Shown: piece after piece, positions 9,439 through 17,703 of the stretch | Layout: each line of letters starts with the position of its first letter | Numbering within the stretch: the first letter of the stretch is position 1 | From: an uncultured delta proteobacterium | GTDB lineage: Bacteria > Desulfobacterota > Desulfuromonadia > Geobacterales > DSM-12255 | Direction: 5' to 3' | DNA length: 64,000 nt | NCBI GenBank assembly: GCA_963787125.1 | Contig: CAWBBV010000023.1 | Span: forward strand, 128,001-192,000 | Notes under the pieces: model-generated | What the model saw: only the letters and a program-made list of their open reading frames with translations | What the model was told of the DNA's origin: nothing | Database searches by the model: none | Position numbers and translations under genes: made by a program

Positions 9439-10771
9439 TCTTGCCTCCTCCTTCGCTATGTTTTGTATCGAACAGATATGTCAGTTTCATGAGACCTCGT
9501 ACTTCCCGATCGAAATCAGGATTTCTTGAATACTCCAGATCGGCGCCTATTTTCAGCTGTTCGTTGATTTCATAGCCGGCCGACCCTGTTAAGGCAAAAC
9601 TGTCTGTGACGCCGTTGATGCTTTTATCGTAGCGGATATCGATAAAATCGGCCGACACTTCCATGTGACCGAGTTTTCTCAGAGCGTAGAGGCGATATTC
9701 GTCATAACGCAGCCTGTTATTGGCTCCCTCCATGCGATGATAGGCAAGGCCGGCGGTAATGATTTCCGGTGAAGAGTACGCCAGTTTGCCGCCAAAATAG
9801 TCGGCGCTGCCGGCGATATCATAACTGTAGTTTTTGTAGTCTGCTGAAACAGTATAGTCCTTCAGGAAAGTGTAGGAGGCCCCGGCTCCAAGAGCGATAA
9901 ACGCCTCGCCAGGGGTCAGGATCCCGTTGGTCAGGCTTAGTGCCGGTGTGGTCATGTTGTAAAAAAAGTCGGTATAATTGATATTGGTTACACTGGCGCT
10001 TATTTTGAGATTTGTTAAAGGGGAGAGCGTCAGGGTATAGGCATGTTCCATCCAGCCATTGGTAATAGAGTTATAGGAAGATCGACCGGTGAGGTCGACC
10101 ATCTGCACGGGGTGGACCCAGAGGTCGATCCCCTCCTCTTCACGATATCTGGAGTTTTTCTCGGCTTCGCTTTTCAGGGCACTGATGCCGAGAGTGTACA
10201 GTTTAGGCATGCTGTGACTGACGCGGGCGCCGTAGACCAGGTTGGCATTCTTGTTGGACGGGGTGTTGGGCATGTCGGTGGTGACCGGTTGACCGATAAA
10301 AGCAGCTGCACCGATGCCGGCGGTAAAGTCACTGCGCGCATAAAGTCCGTCAATCTTCTCCGAGGCAACTCCTTCGGTAACAAACTGCCGTCCCAGGTTA
10401 ACAACGGCATTGTTTGTTGCCGCCCGGTAGCTGAGATAAAAATATTGCAGATCGGTGTCGGAATGGACCCTGTCGGTGGTTTTGTCGGCAAAGTCAACCC
10501 TGCCCCAGCCGCCCATATACAGCCCAAGGGTAGAGCCGTCTGAGAGTTTACTGGATGTGCTCAGTCGTAAATATTCGTAAGCTGGATACAGATCCTTGTT
10601 GTCGGTGGTTGTTCGCATTCGCACTATTGTAGTTGATTCTCCCGAAACTGAAAAATCTGCTGCAAAGAGCGGAGATGACAAGGTCAGGAATGTCAAAACA
10701 GTTACACCAATAGACGTATTAATGTTAAAAAGTGCGCCATGCTTCGTTTGTATTAGCTGAAAAATATTCAA
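9428..10771 (-). CDS. Outer-membrane beta-barrel porin of a porin-cytochrome conduit (ExtB/ExtE-like)
   Basis: TTG start with AGGAGG; signal peptide; alternating amphipathic Tyr-rich strands; LGRQFV and IDGL motifs; overlaps the downstream cytochrome gene. Confidence 0.75.
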   Translation of the reverse strand: MNIFQLIQTKHGALFNINTSIGVTVLTFLTLSSPLFAADFSVSGESTTIVRMRTTTDNKDLYPAYEYLRLSTSSKLSDGSTLGLYMGGWGRVDFADKTTDRVHSDTDLQYFYLSYRAATNNAVVNLGRQFVTEGVASEKIDGLYARSDFTAGIGAAAFIGQPVTTDMPNTPSNKNANLVYGARVSHSMPKLYTLGISALKSEAEKNSRYREEEGIDLWVHPVQMVDLTGRSSYNSITNGWMEHAYTLTLSPLTNLKISASVTNINYTDFFYNMTTPALSLTNGILTPGEAFIALGAGASYTFLKDYTVSADYKNYSYDIAGSADYFGGKLAYSSPEIITAGLAYHRMEGANNRLRYDEYRLYALRKLGHMEVSADFIDIRYDKSINGVTDSFALTGSAGYEINEQLKIGADLEYSRNPDFDREVRGLMKLTYLFDTKHSEGGGKSEK

Positions 10772-10899
10772 AATGCCCTCCTTTCTAAGAAATTCGGTTG
10801 TCTGACTAACTCTCTGATATTACTCTGTTTAACCTCCGGTCGGATGATATTCGCACGAAGCGGTTATTGAATAAAGCGAAGCTACGGTTAATGTAAATA

Positions 10900-10915
10900 A
10901 GCAAATTTAGTACCG
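10900..10915 (-). promoter_or_regulatory. Putative sigma54 (-24/-12) promoter of the porin-cytochrome operon
   Basis: Minus strand CGGTACTAAATTTGCT matches TGGCAC-N5-TTGCW; AT-rich tract upstream. Confidence 0.6.
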
Positions 10916-11030
10916 TAAAATAAAATAAAAACTATTAATTTTTATAAATCATAACAGGGGAAAGTTATCTGTCTAGGAACTGGAAGAATTTTTATCATTT
11001 ATTTTTTTTAAAGGGAGAAGGAGCTTCGAG

Positions 11031-11888
11031 TTATTCGTGGGAAGAGGCGTTTTTTAGAGAGAGTGAAATGGCGTAAATTTCACTTTTGGGGATTCCGCTT
11101 TCAGCGGAAGCACGGGCGGCAGTGTCTTTTACAGAAAGACACTCTTCAAAAAGATAGCGGCGAAGATTGGATTCAAGGTCGTAACTTGTCAAATCAGCCG
11201 CAGCACTGGCAGGCGCAAGCAGGATAACCAATTCACCCTTGACGGACTGCTTCGAGTAATGCTCAAGGAGTTCGGCAGAGGTGCCGCGCCTGAACTCTTC
11301 ATGTATTTTTGTCAGTTCCCGGGCGATAACAAGCTCGCGACTGCCAAGAATTTCCGCCATATCTGACAGCGTAGCCGTCAAACGGTGGGGGGCTTCGTAA
11401 AAAATGATGACCCTGCCATCATCCTGGAGCTCAAGCAGACGGTTCCTGCGCTTCCCCTGTTTTGGAGGAAGAAAACCTTCAAAGGCGAAGCGGTCGGAGG
11501 GGAGTCCTGATGCAGAGAGCGCGGCAGCTATGGCGGATGCTCCGGGAATCGGGACGGTCTTTATCCCCTTTTCAGCAGCAGCTTTGGCTATGCGGTAGCC
11601 TGGATCGGCTATGCATGGGGTGCCGGCGTCGGTAATGATGGCAATATTCTGTCCTTCGAGAAGTTTTTCCAGCAGATAATCGGTCTTGAGCTGTTCGTTA
11701 TGGTCGTGATAGGGTGTCATCCGGGTTGAGATCCCGTAATGATTCAGGAGTTTGCGGGAGTGACGGGTGTCCTCGGCAGCAATCAGATCGACCTCTTTCA
11801 GTATCCTGACCGCTCTGAAGGTCATGTCTTCGAGGTTGCCGATCGGTGTTGCGACTATGTAAAGAGTGCCGGAAACAGTTTCCTGCAT
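11031..11888 (-). CDS. rsmI: 16S rRNA (cytidine1402-2'-O)-methyltransferase
   Basis: LYIVATPIGNLED, AAEDTR, DAGTPCIADPG, FYEAPHR, ARELTKIHEE. Confidence 0.95.
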   Translation of the reverse strand: MQETVSGTLYIVATPIGNLEDMTFRAVRILKEVDLIAAEDTRHSRKLLNHYGISTRMTPYHDHNEQLKTDYLLEKLLEGQNIAIITDAGTPCIADPGYRIAKAAAEKGIKTVPIPGASAIAAALSASGLPSDRFAFEGFLPPKQGKRRNRLLELQDDGRVIIFYEAPHRLTATLSDMAEILGSRELVIARELTKIHEEFRRGTSAELLEHYSKQSVKGELVILLAPASAAADLTSYDLESNLRRYLFEECLSVKDTAARASAESGIPKSEIYAISLSLKNASSHE

Positions 11889-11919
11889 TGAAAGACCCCG
11901 CTTTAAACAAGGAGATTTT

Positions 11920-12516
11920 ATGCCATTCGGGCGAATTTTTACCCCGTTTCAACTGGGGAAGTTTACCATTATCCCCGAAGGTGAACCGCTTCCGGATAAA
12001 GGCGGGATACCGCTTTATCTCAGCAAGAAGGGCGCCTTCGGTTCAGGAGAGCATGAAACAACAGCCGCTTGTCTTGGTCAACTGGAAAAAATTGCGACTT
12101 TGCAAGGTTACAGAGCGCTTGATCTTGGCAGTGGTACCGGCATCCTGGCCATTGCCGCGCTGCTCCTGGGTGCAGAATCAGCTCTGGCGGTTGATATCGA
12201 GTGGCCGGCAGCCTTATCCTGCAGCTTGAATGCAGCTCTCAACGGGGTTCAGGATTGCCTGCTGACGGTCTGCGGCGAGCTTGGTTCGCTCTCTGCCAGC
12301 GGTTTTAACCTGGTCATGGCAAACATCTATGCCGACATTCTGCTGCCGCTGGCTGACCAGCTTGTTGACCTGACGCTCCCCGGAGGATTTATCCTATTGT
12401 CCGGCATTCCACTCCAGGATAAGTACGATGTCTGGCGGCGCTATACCGGTCTCGGTTGCAGGGAGGTTGATGCTGTAATCGGTGAAGAGTTTGTCACCTA
12501 TCTGCTGCAAAAGTGA
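11920..12516 (+). CDS. PrmA-like SAM-dependent methyltransferase (short form)
   Basis: AFGSGEHETT, LDLGSGTGILAIAA, ANI motif; ATG 11920 with AAGGAG. Confidence 0.8.
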   Translation: MPFGRIFTPFQLGKFTIIPEGEPLPDKGGIPLYLSKKGAFGSGEHETTAACLGQLEKIATLQGYRALDLGSGTGILAIAALLLGAESALAVDIEWPAALSCSLNAALNGVQDCLLTVCGELGSLSASGFNLVMANIYADILLPLADQLVDLTLPGGFILLSGIPLQDKYDVWRRYTGLGCREVDAVIGEEFVTYLLQK

Positions 12517-12519
12517 CCA

Positions 12520-13518
12520 TCAGGTCAGGTTCCAGATCGCCATCTCCAGCATATCCTTCCAGCTTTTCGCTATTTCATTTACCACTGTAGGCTCAAAGCC
12601 GCAGTGCATCATGCACTGGCTGCATCTTTCGTCGCGGCCGACTCCGTAGCGCAGCCACTCGGTTTTTTCCATCATCTCCCGGTAAGTCGGGTAGTGGGCA
12701 TCAGTGATCAGATAACAGGGCGCTTTCCAGCCAAGCGGATTTCGGGTCGGATTTCCCCAGGGGGTGCACTGCAGGCTCTTCTCGCCTTTGAGAAAGCGGA
12801 GATACATCGGCGTCGACCAGAAATGGAACCGGCGCCTCATTTTATAGATCTCCTGAAACTTCAGCTCTATCTCCCTTCTGACAAGGAACAACTCTTCACC
12901 GACGGCTTCGTAGTCAAAACCGGGGGCCACAAGAAGGCCGTCAACTCCGAGCTCGGAGAGCTTTGAGAAAAGCAGCTCTATTTCCATCAGGTCGGTATCT
13001 CTGAAAATGGTGGTGTTCGTGCAGACCCTGAAGCCAAGGCGTTTTGCCTCGATGATTGCCTCGATGGCAATTTTGAAAGACCCTTTGCGTTCCAGAATCC
13101 GGTCATGAGTTATCTCAAGGCCGTCAAGATGGATGTTGAGAGTGAGATTGTTGTGCCGGGGGAGCCGTGGCAGATACTCTTTGAGCAGGATGGCATTGGT
13201 GCAAAATTGAATATGCTTCCCCCGGTCCAGTACGCCGGCAACCAGTTCTATAATGTCAGGGTAGAGAAGCGGTTCCCCGCCGGTAATAGTGACTATGGGC
13301 GCCGGACATTCATCCACTGAACTGAGGCACTCTGCCAGTGGCATCATCTGGCTGATTGTGTCGGCATACTCCCGGATACGGCCGCAGCCCGAACAGGCAA
13401 GATTGCAGAGATGAGTCGGTTCAAGCATCAGGACAAGGGGGAATTTATCTATTTTTTTCAGCCTGTTGCCTGCTATGTAACGCGACAGATCGAAGGTAAG
13501 GCGTAGTGGGAAGCGCAT
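12520..13518 (-). CDS. hpnH: Adenosylhopane radical SAM synthase
   Basis: FPLVLMLEP, CNLACSGC, CTPWGNPTRN; hopanoid gene context. Confidence 0.9.
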   Translation of the reverse strand: MRFPLRLTFDLSRYIAGNRLKKIDKFPLVLMLEPTHLCNLACSGCGRIREYADTISQMMPLAECLSSVDECPAPIVTITGGEPLLYPDIIELVAGVLDRGKHIQFCTNAILLKEYLPRLPRHNNLTLNIHLDGLEITHDRILERKGSFKIAIEAIIEAKRLGFRVCTNTTIFRDTDLMEIELLFSKLSELGVDGLLVAPGFDYEAVGEELFLVRREIELKFQEIYKMRRRFHFWSTPMYLRFLKGEKSLQCTPWGNPTRNPLGWKAPCYLITDAHYPTYREMMEKTEWLRYGVGRDERCSQCMMHCGFEPTVVNEIAKSWKDMLEMAIWNLT

Positions 13519-13524
13519 CGTTGT

Positions 13525-15408
13525 TCAGTATTCCTTTTCAAGAAAAGTTTTCACATTCATGGCTATGCCGTCAGCATCCAGTCCCAGCATTTTACGTAGC
13601 TCTGACTGGGTGCCGTGCTCAATGAAACGATCCGGAACACCCAGCCGCTTCAGTTTCAGGCCGGCAATTTTTTCATCAGCAAGAAGTTCCAGCACGGCGC
13701 TGCCGAAGCCCCCCTGGAGGGCATTCTCTTCCACCGTTACAACTATGCCGCACTCCCTGGCAACGGAGAGTATCAGTTCGCGGTCGAGCGGTTTTACGAA
13801 TCTTGCGTTTACTACAGACGCCCTGATCCCTTCCTTTGCAAGTATTGCCGCTGCCTCAAGAGCCGGATAGACGGTAGAGCCGATAGCCAGGATCGCCACG
13901 TCCCGTCCGTCAGCCAGCTTCTCACCGACGCCGATGGTTATGGTCTCTATGTCCTTGTCCAGAGTGACGCCGTAGCCTGCCCCTCGGGGATAGCGCAAGG
14001 ATATAGGGCTCCCGAAGTTGACCGCGGTTTTCAGCATCCGCCGCAATTCGTTTTCATCTTTTGGCGCCATGACTGTCAGCTGCGGCAGGTGGCGGGTGAA
14101 GGAAAGGTCAAAGACGCCGTGATGGGTCGGGCCGTCGTCGCCCACGAGGCCGGCCCGATCCATGGCCAGGGTTACCGGCAGTTTTTGCAGGCAGATGTCG
14201 TGGAAAAGCTGATCATAGGCCCGTTGGGCGAAGGTCGAATAAATCGCGGCAACCGGCTTGAAACCTTCTACTGCAAGGCCGGCAGCAAAGGTGAGGGCGT
14301 GCTGTTCGGCAATGCCGACATCGAAGAACCGCTCCGGGAATGCTTTTGAAAAAGGTGTCAGCCCGGTGCCGTCGGGCATGGCAGCTGTTATGGCGACGAT
14401 CTTTTTATCGTCTTGGGCAAGCTGGACAAGCGTCTCACCGAAAACAGTCGTGTAAGAAGGGTGAGCAGCTGTAGAAGCGGTTGCTTTGCCGGTCTGCAGA
14501 TCAAATCTGCCGACGCCGTGAAACTTGCCAGGCTCTTTTTCAGCCGGAGGGTAGCCACACCCCTTTTTTGTCATGACATGGACAAGCACCGGCCCTTCGA
14601 CGTTTTTCAGGTTGGCGAAGATCTCGATCAGCTGCCCCAGATCATGGCCGGGAAGAGGACCGAGATACTCAAAACCGAGCGCTTCGAAGAGCGCTGCCGG
14701 GGTAAGAAAGCCTTTGAGGGAGTGTTCGGCACGCCTGGCGAACTGGAGGATATTGCGCCCGAAAGCAGGGATGCTGGCGAGAAGGCCGGCCATCTCCTTG
14801 CGCAGTTCGCGGTAGTAGCTGCTGGTCATCTTGCGGGAAATGAAGGTCGAGAAAGCGCCGACATTTTCCGAAATAGACATCTCATTGTCATTGAGCACGA
14901 CGATCAGATTCTGCTTGAGATGTCCCGCCTGATTGAGCGCTTCAAACGACATGCCGCCGGTCAGAGAGCCGTCGCCGATAACCGCAATGACACGGTTGTT
15001 ATCTCCCTTGAGCCCGCTTGCTATGGCCATTCCCAGACCTGCCGAGATCGAGGTAGAAGAGTGACCGGCGCCGAAAGCGTCGTGGGGTGATTCGCACCGC
15101 TTCGGAAAACCGGAGAGTCCGCCCAGCTGGCGCTGGGTGTGAAAGCGGTCACGCCGTCCGGTAATGATCTTGTGGGTATATGCCTGATGTCCCACGTCCC
15201 AGACGAAGCGGTCTGTGGGAGAGTTGAAGCAGTAGTGGAGGGCAAGGGTCAGTTCGACCGCCCCGAAGTTGGACGCAAGATGGCCGCCGGTTTTCGAGAG
15301 GTTTTCAAGGAGAAACCCTCTCACTTCAGTGGCAAGGGTTTCGAGCCCTTTGATGGAAAGTCGCTTCAGGTCAGCCGGATCGTTGATTGTTGCAAGGATA
15401 GTATTCAT
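13525..15408 (-). CDS. dxs: 1-deoxy-D-xylulose-5-phosphate synthase
   Basis: [39 protein letters not shown]. Confidence 0.95.
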   Translation of the reverse strand: MNTILATINDPADLKRLSIKGLETLATEVRGFLLENLSKTGGHLASNFGAVELTLALHYCFNSPTDRFVWDVGHQAYTHKIITGRRDRFHTQRQLGGLSGFPKRCESPHDAFGAGHSSTSISAGLGMAIASGLKGDNNRVIAVIGDGSLTGGMSFEALNQAGHLKQNLIVVLNDNEMSISENVGAFSTFISRKMTSSYYRELRKEMAGLLASIPAFGRNILQFARRAEHSLKGFLTPAALFEALGFEYLGPLPGHDLGQLIEIFANLKNVEGPVLVHVMTKKGCGYPPAEKEPGKFHGVGRFDLQTGKATASTAAHPSYTTVFGETLVQLAQDDKKIVAITAAMPDGTGLTPFSKAFPERFFDVGIAEQHALTFAAGLAVEGFKPVAAIYSTFAQRAYDQLFHDICLQKLPVTLAMDRAGLVGDDGPTHHGVFDLSFTRHLPQLTVMAPKDENELRRMLKTAVNFGSPISLRYPRGAGYGVTLDKDIETITIGVGEKLADGRDVAILAIGSTVYPALEAAAILAKEGIRASVVNARFVKPLDRELILSVARECGIVVTVEENALQGGFGSAVLELLADEKIAGLKLKRLGVPDRFIEHGTQSELRKMLGLDADGIAMNVKTFLEKEY

Positions 15409-15424
15409 TTCAACCTTAAAGTCA

Positions 15425-16414
15425 TTATTCCTGAACATAATTATTCGTCTGAAACCATGCTACAGCTCTCTCAAGTGCATCATAAACAGAAGTCGGCGCA
15501 AAACCGAGCTCCATCTTCGCCTTTTTCGAGGAGAAATACATCAGTTTTTTTGCCATCTGTACCCCTGCCAGCGGAATGAGCGGCTCTTTGCCGGTCATCA
15601 GGGAGAGCGCTTCATTGATATACGCGGCAGCCAGTATGGGCAAATACGGGAGACAGAGGCGTGGAGCAGGTTTGCCTGAGATTTCGGCCAGCATACCGAG
15701 TATTGCGGCAAGGCTTGTGTCTTCGCCGCCAAGAATATATTTCTCTCCGACCCGCCCCCTCTTTGCCGCCAGGAGATGACCTTTGGCGCAATCTTCCACG
15801 GGAACCAGGTTGAGGCCGGTGTTCAGGTAAGCCGGCATCCTGCCCGAGAGAAAATCTACAATAATTTTTCCGGTCGGTGTCGGTCTGATATCCAGCGGCC
15901 CGACCGGAGTCGACGGGTTGACGATTACCAGCGGCAGACCTTTAGCAAAAAACTTTTCAGCCTGGCCCTCGGCGAGAAACTTGCTCTTTTTGTAATCCCC
16001 GCACATGTCGGCACATGTTACCGGAGTGTTTTCATCACCCGGGGTACCGTCGCCACGGTTACCGAGCGTCCCTACCGAACTGGTGTAGACCACCTTTTCC
16101 AGGCCGGCAGTAAGAGCCTCCTGGAGGATGTTTTCCGTCCCGTCAACATTGGCGGCGTACATGGCGGCACGATTTTTAGTCCAGAGACGGTAGTCGGCAG
16201 CGGCATGAAAAAGGGTATCGCAATCCTTGAGAGCTGCTGCCAGAGACTGTCTGTCGAGAAGATCACCCGTCACTATCTCGGCGTCAATCCCGGCAAGATT
16301 CCTCCGGTCACTCCCCTGGCGAACCAGTACCCGGACGGAAGCGCCGTCTTTCAGGAGCTCACGGACGATATGTGCGCCGAGAAAACCGGTTGCGCCTGTT
16401 ACAAGAGCTTTCAC
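15425..16414 (-). CDS. hpnA: Hopanoid-associated sugar epimerase/dehydratase
   Basis: [29 protein letters not shown]. Confidence 0.88.
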   Translation of the reverse strand: MKALVTGATGFLGAHIVRELLKDGASVRVLVRQGSDRRNLAGIDAEIVTGDLLDRQSLAAALKDCDTLFHAAADYRLWTKNRAAMYAANVDGTENILQEALTAGLEKVVYTSSVGTLGNRGDGTPGDENTPVTCADMCGDYKKSKFLAEGQAEKFFAKGLPLVIVNPSTPVGPLDIRPTPTGKIIVDFLSGRMPAYLNTGLNLVPVEDCAKGHLLAAKRGRVGEKYILGGEDTSLAAILGMLAEISGKPAPRLCLPYLPILAAAYINEALSLMTGKEPLIPLAGVQMAKKLMYFSSKKAKMELGFAPTSVYDALERAVAWFQTNNYVQE

Positions 16415-16457
16415 GAATCACCTTACGATAAAAAAAAGACAGACCGACAATAACTGA

Positions 16458-16802
16458 TCATGCCCTCAGGAGCGTGCCCACACGTTTCAAAACCGTCAGA
16501 ACCAGGTCGTTTGGCATATTGCAGATGAATTCCGCTTGACGCACCCGCCAATCAAGGCTTTTCAGCTGGTCGGATAGAACCACACCGCTCACTGCCGCCC
16601 CTTGAGGAAGCGAAACTTCAAAAGGGTACCCCTTGACCTGGCTGGTTATTGGACAAAAGAGTGCCAAACCTGTTTTGTTGTTGTACGCCACCGGCGACAC
16701 CACCAGCGCCGGACGTCGGCCCGCTTGTTCATGGACTGCCTGAGGATTAATGGCGAGCCAGACGATATCACCCTGACTGGGCACATAGGGCGCGCTTACC
16801 AT
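16458..16802 (-). CDS. mazF: MazF/PemK endoribonuclease toxin
   Basis: GDIVW..NPQAVHEQAGRRPALVVS, CPITSQVKGYPFEV, DQLKSLDW. Confidence 0.9.
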   Translation of the reverse strand: MVSAPYVPSQGDIVWLAINPQAVHEQAGRRPALVVSPVAYNNKTGLALFCPITSQVKGYPFEVSLPQGAAVSGVVLSDQLKSLDWRVRQAEFICNMPNDLVLTVLKRVGTLLRA

Positions 16803-17038
16803 GCTTCATTGCCAACGACTGCGCCAGTGGCCTGTTCCTGATGCAGGTTCTCGGGCGTAATCCCGGCAAGCAGCATCTCCAGGGTCGGCTCGTCAGGTTC
16901 GAGCGGTGTTATAACAAGTTTGCCCTTGACCTCGGCAATATCAACTCTGCTTCCCGGCTGGATACAGGCATGTTTGGCAAAGGCGCTGGGGATGCGCAAC
17001 GCCAGACTATGGCCCCACTTTTGAACTCGTGCTTCCAT
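16796..17038 (-). CDS. mazE: MazE/AbrB-family antitoxin
   Basis: ATG 17038 with AGGGGG RBS; VQKWGHSLALRIP, LEMLLAGITPENLH, VGNEAW; overlaps mazF. Confidence 0.9.
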   Translation of the reverse strand: MEARVQKWGHSLALRIPSAFAKHACIQPGSRVDIAEVKGKLVITPLEPDEPTLEMLLAGITPENLHQEQATGAVVGNEAW

Positions 17039-17117
17039 AAGTTCCCCCTTCACATGTAGATACATTGAAGATACAAGCTGCGCTTCGGCAAAGCAATCTA
17101 AAAAGAGCCGGGTCGTG

Positions 17118-17172
17118 GCCATTAGTCCTTCTCCCTGGAGGACCCTTTGGGGCCTAAAGGAGAAGGTGGCCG
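17118..17172 (+). repeat. Palindromic repeat A1 (18-bp insert in loop, tail truncated)
   Basis: First 24 bp identical to 17608-17631, then ACCCTTTGGGGCCTAAAG, then GAGAAGGTGGCCG. Confidence 0.85.
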
Positions 17173-17538
17173 CCCTGCAGTTAACTGTCGATAAATCTCT
17201 TCGAGAATGGTATCCGTATTATTCAAGAATTCATGATTCCAGAATCTGATAATCCTGATGCCGGAGCCATTCAGAATTTTTTCTCGCGCTTTGTCATATG
17301 CAATCTGTTCATCCTCAGCATGACCACCGCCATCTAGTTCAATCGCAAGATTAACTTCGTCGCAGAAGAAATCAATGATATAGCCTGCAATCGGAAACTG
17401 CCGCCGGAATTTGAAACCGCAGAAATTGCGATTACGCAGTAGCTGCCACATAAGCTGCTCGGCGTCAGTCTGCTCCTTGCGCATCTTTCTGGCAAATTGA
17501 AGTAACGGTGGTGGCAGTGCCACGGTTTCACCTCGCAT
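17122..17538 (-). CDS. DUF559 (Vsr-like PD-(D/E)xK) endonuclease
   Basis: ARKMRKEQTDAEQLMWQLLRNR, KFRRQ, YIIDF, IELDGGGH, IRFWN. Confidence 0.9.
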   Translation of the reverse strand: MRGETVALPPPLLQFARKMRKEQTDAEQLMWQLLRNRNFCGFKFRRQFPIAGYIIDFFCDEVNLAIELDGGGHAEDEQIAYDKAREKILNGSGIRIIRFWNHEFLNNTDTILEEIYRQLTAGRPPSPLGPKGSSREKD

Positions 17539-17577
17539 TCCCCCTCACCCCGACCCTCTCCCTTCAGGGAGAGGGAG
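17538..17577 (-). repeat. Palindromic repeat B1
   Basis: TTCCCCCTCACCCCGA-CCCTCTCCC-TTCA-GGGAGAGGG. Confidence 0.9.
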
Positions 17578-17607
17578 CTTTCAACCCTCGGCTTTCCTGG
17601 GTGGTGC

Positions 17608-17661
17608 GCCATTAGTCCTTCTCCCTGGAGGGAGAAGGTGGCCGAAGGCCGGATGAGGGGG
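17608..17661 (+). repeat. Palindromic repeat A2
   Basis: CCTTCTCCC-TGGA-GGGAGAAGG-TGGCCGAAGGCCGGATGAGGGG. Confidence 0.9.
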
Positions 17662-17703
17662 TCTGTCTTGCAGTAAACTAAAAAGAGTCAAAAAGTCAAA
17701 GGC

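Noticed and set aside
10772..11030. Cyclic dinucleotide (GEMM-I) riboswitch upstream of the cytochrome operon
   Set aside because: Expected in this lineage, but the GEMM consensus was not visible; an Infernal search would settle it
17039..17122. N-terminal extension of MazE in the ORF track
   Set aside because: The RBS and family alignment favour ATG 17038
17334..17612. 92-aa minus-strand ORF containing SLSLKGEGRGEG
   Set aside because: Translation of repeat B1 overlapping DUF559 in another frame
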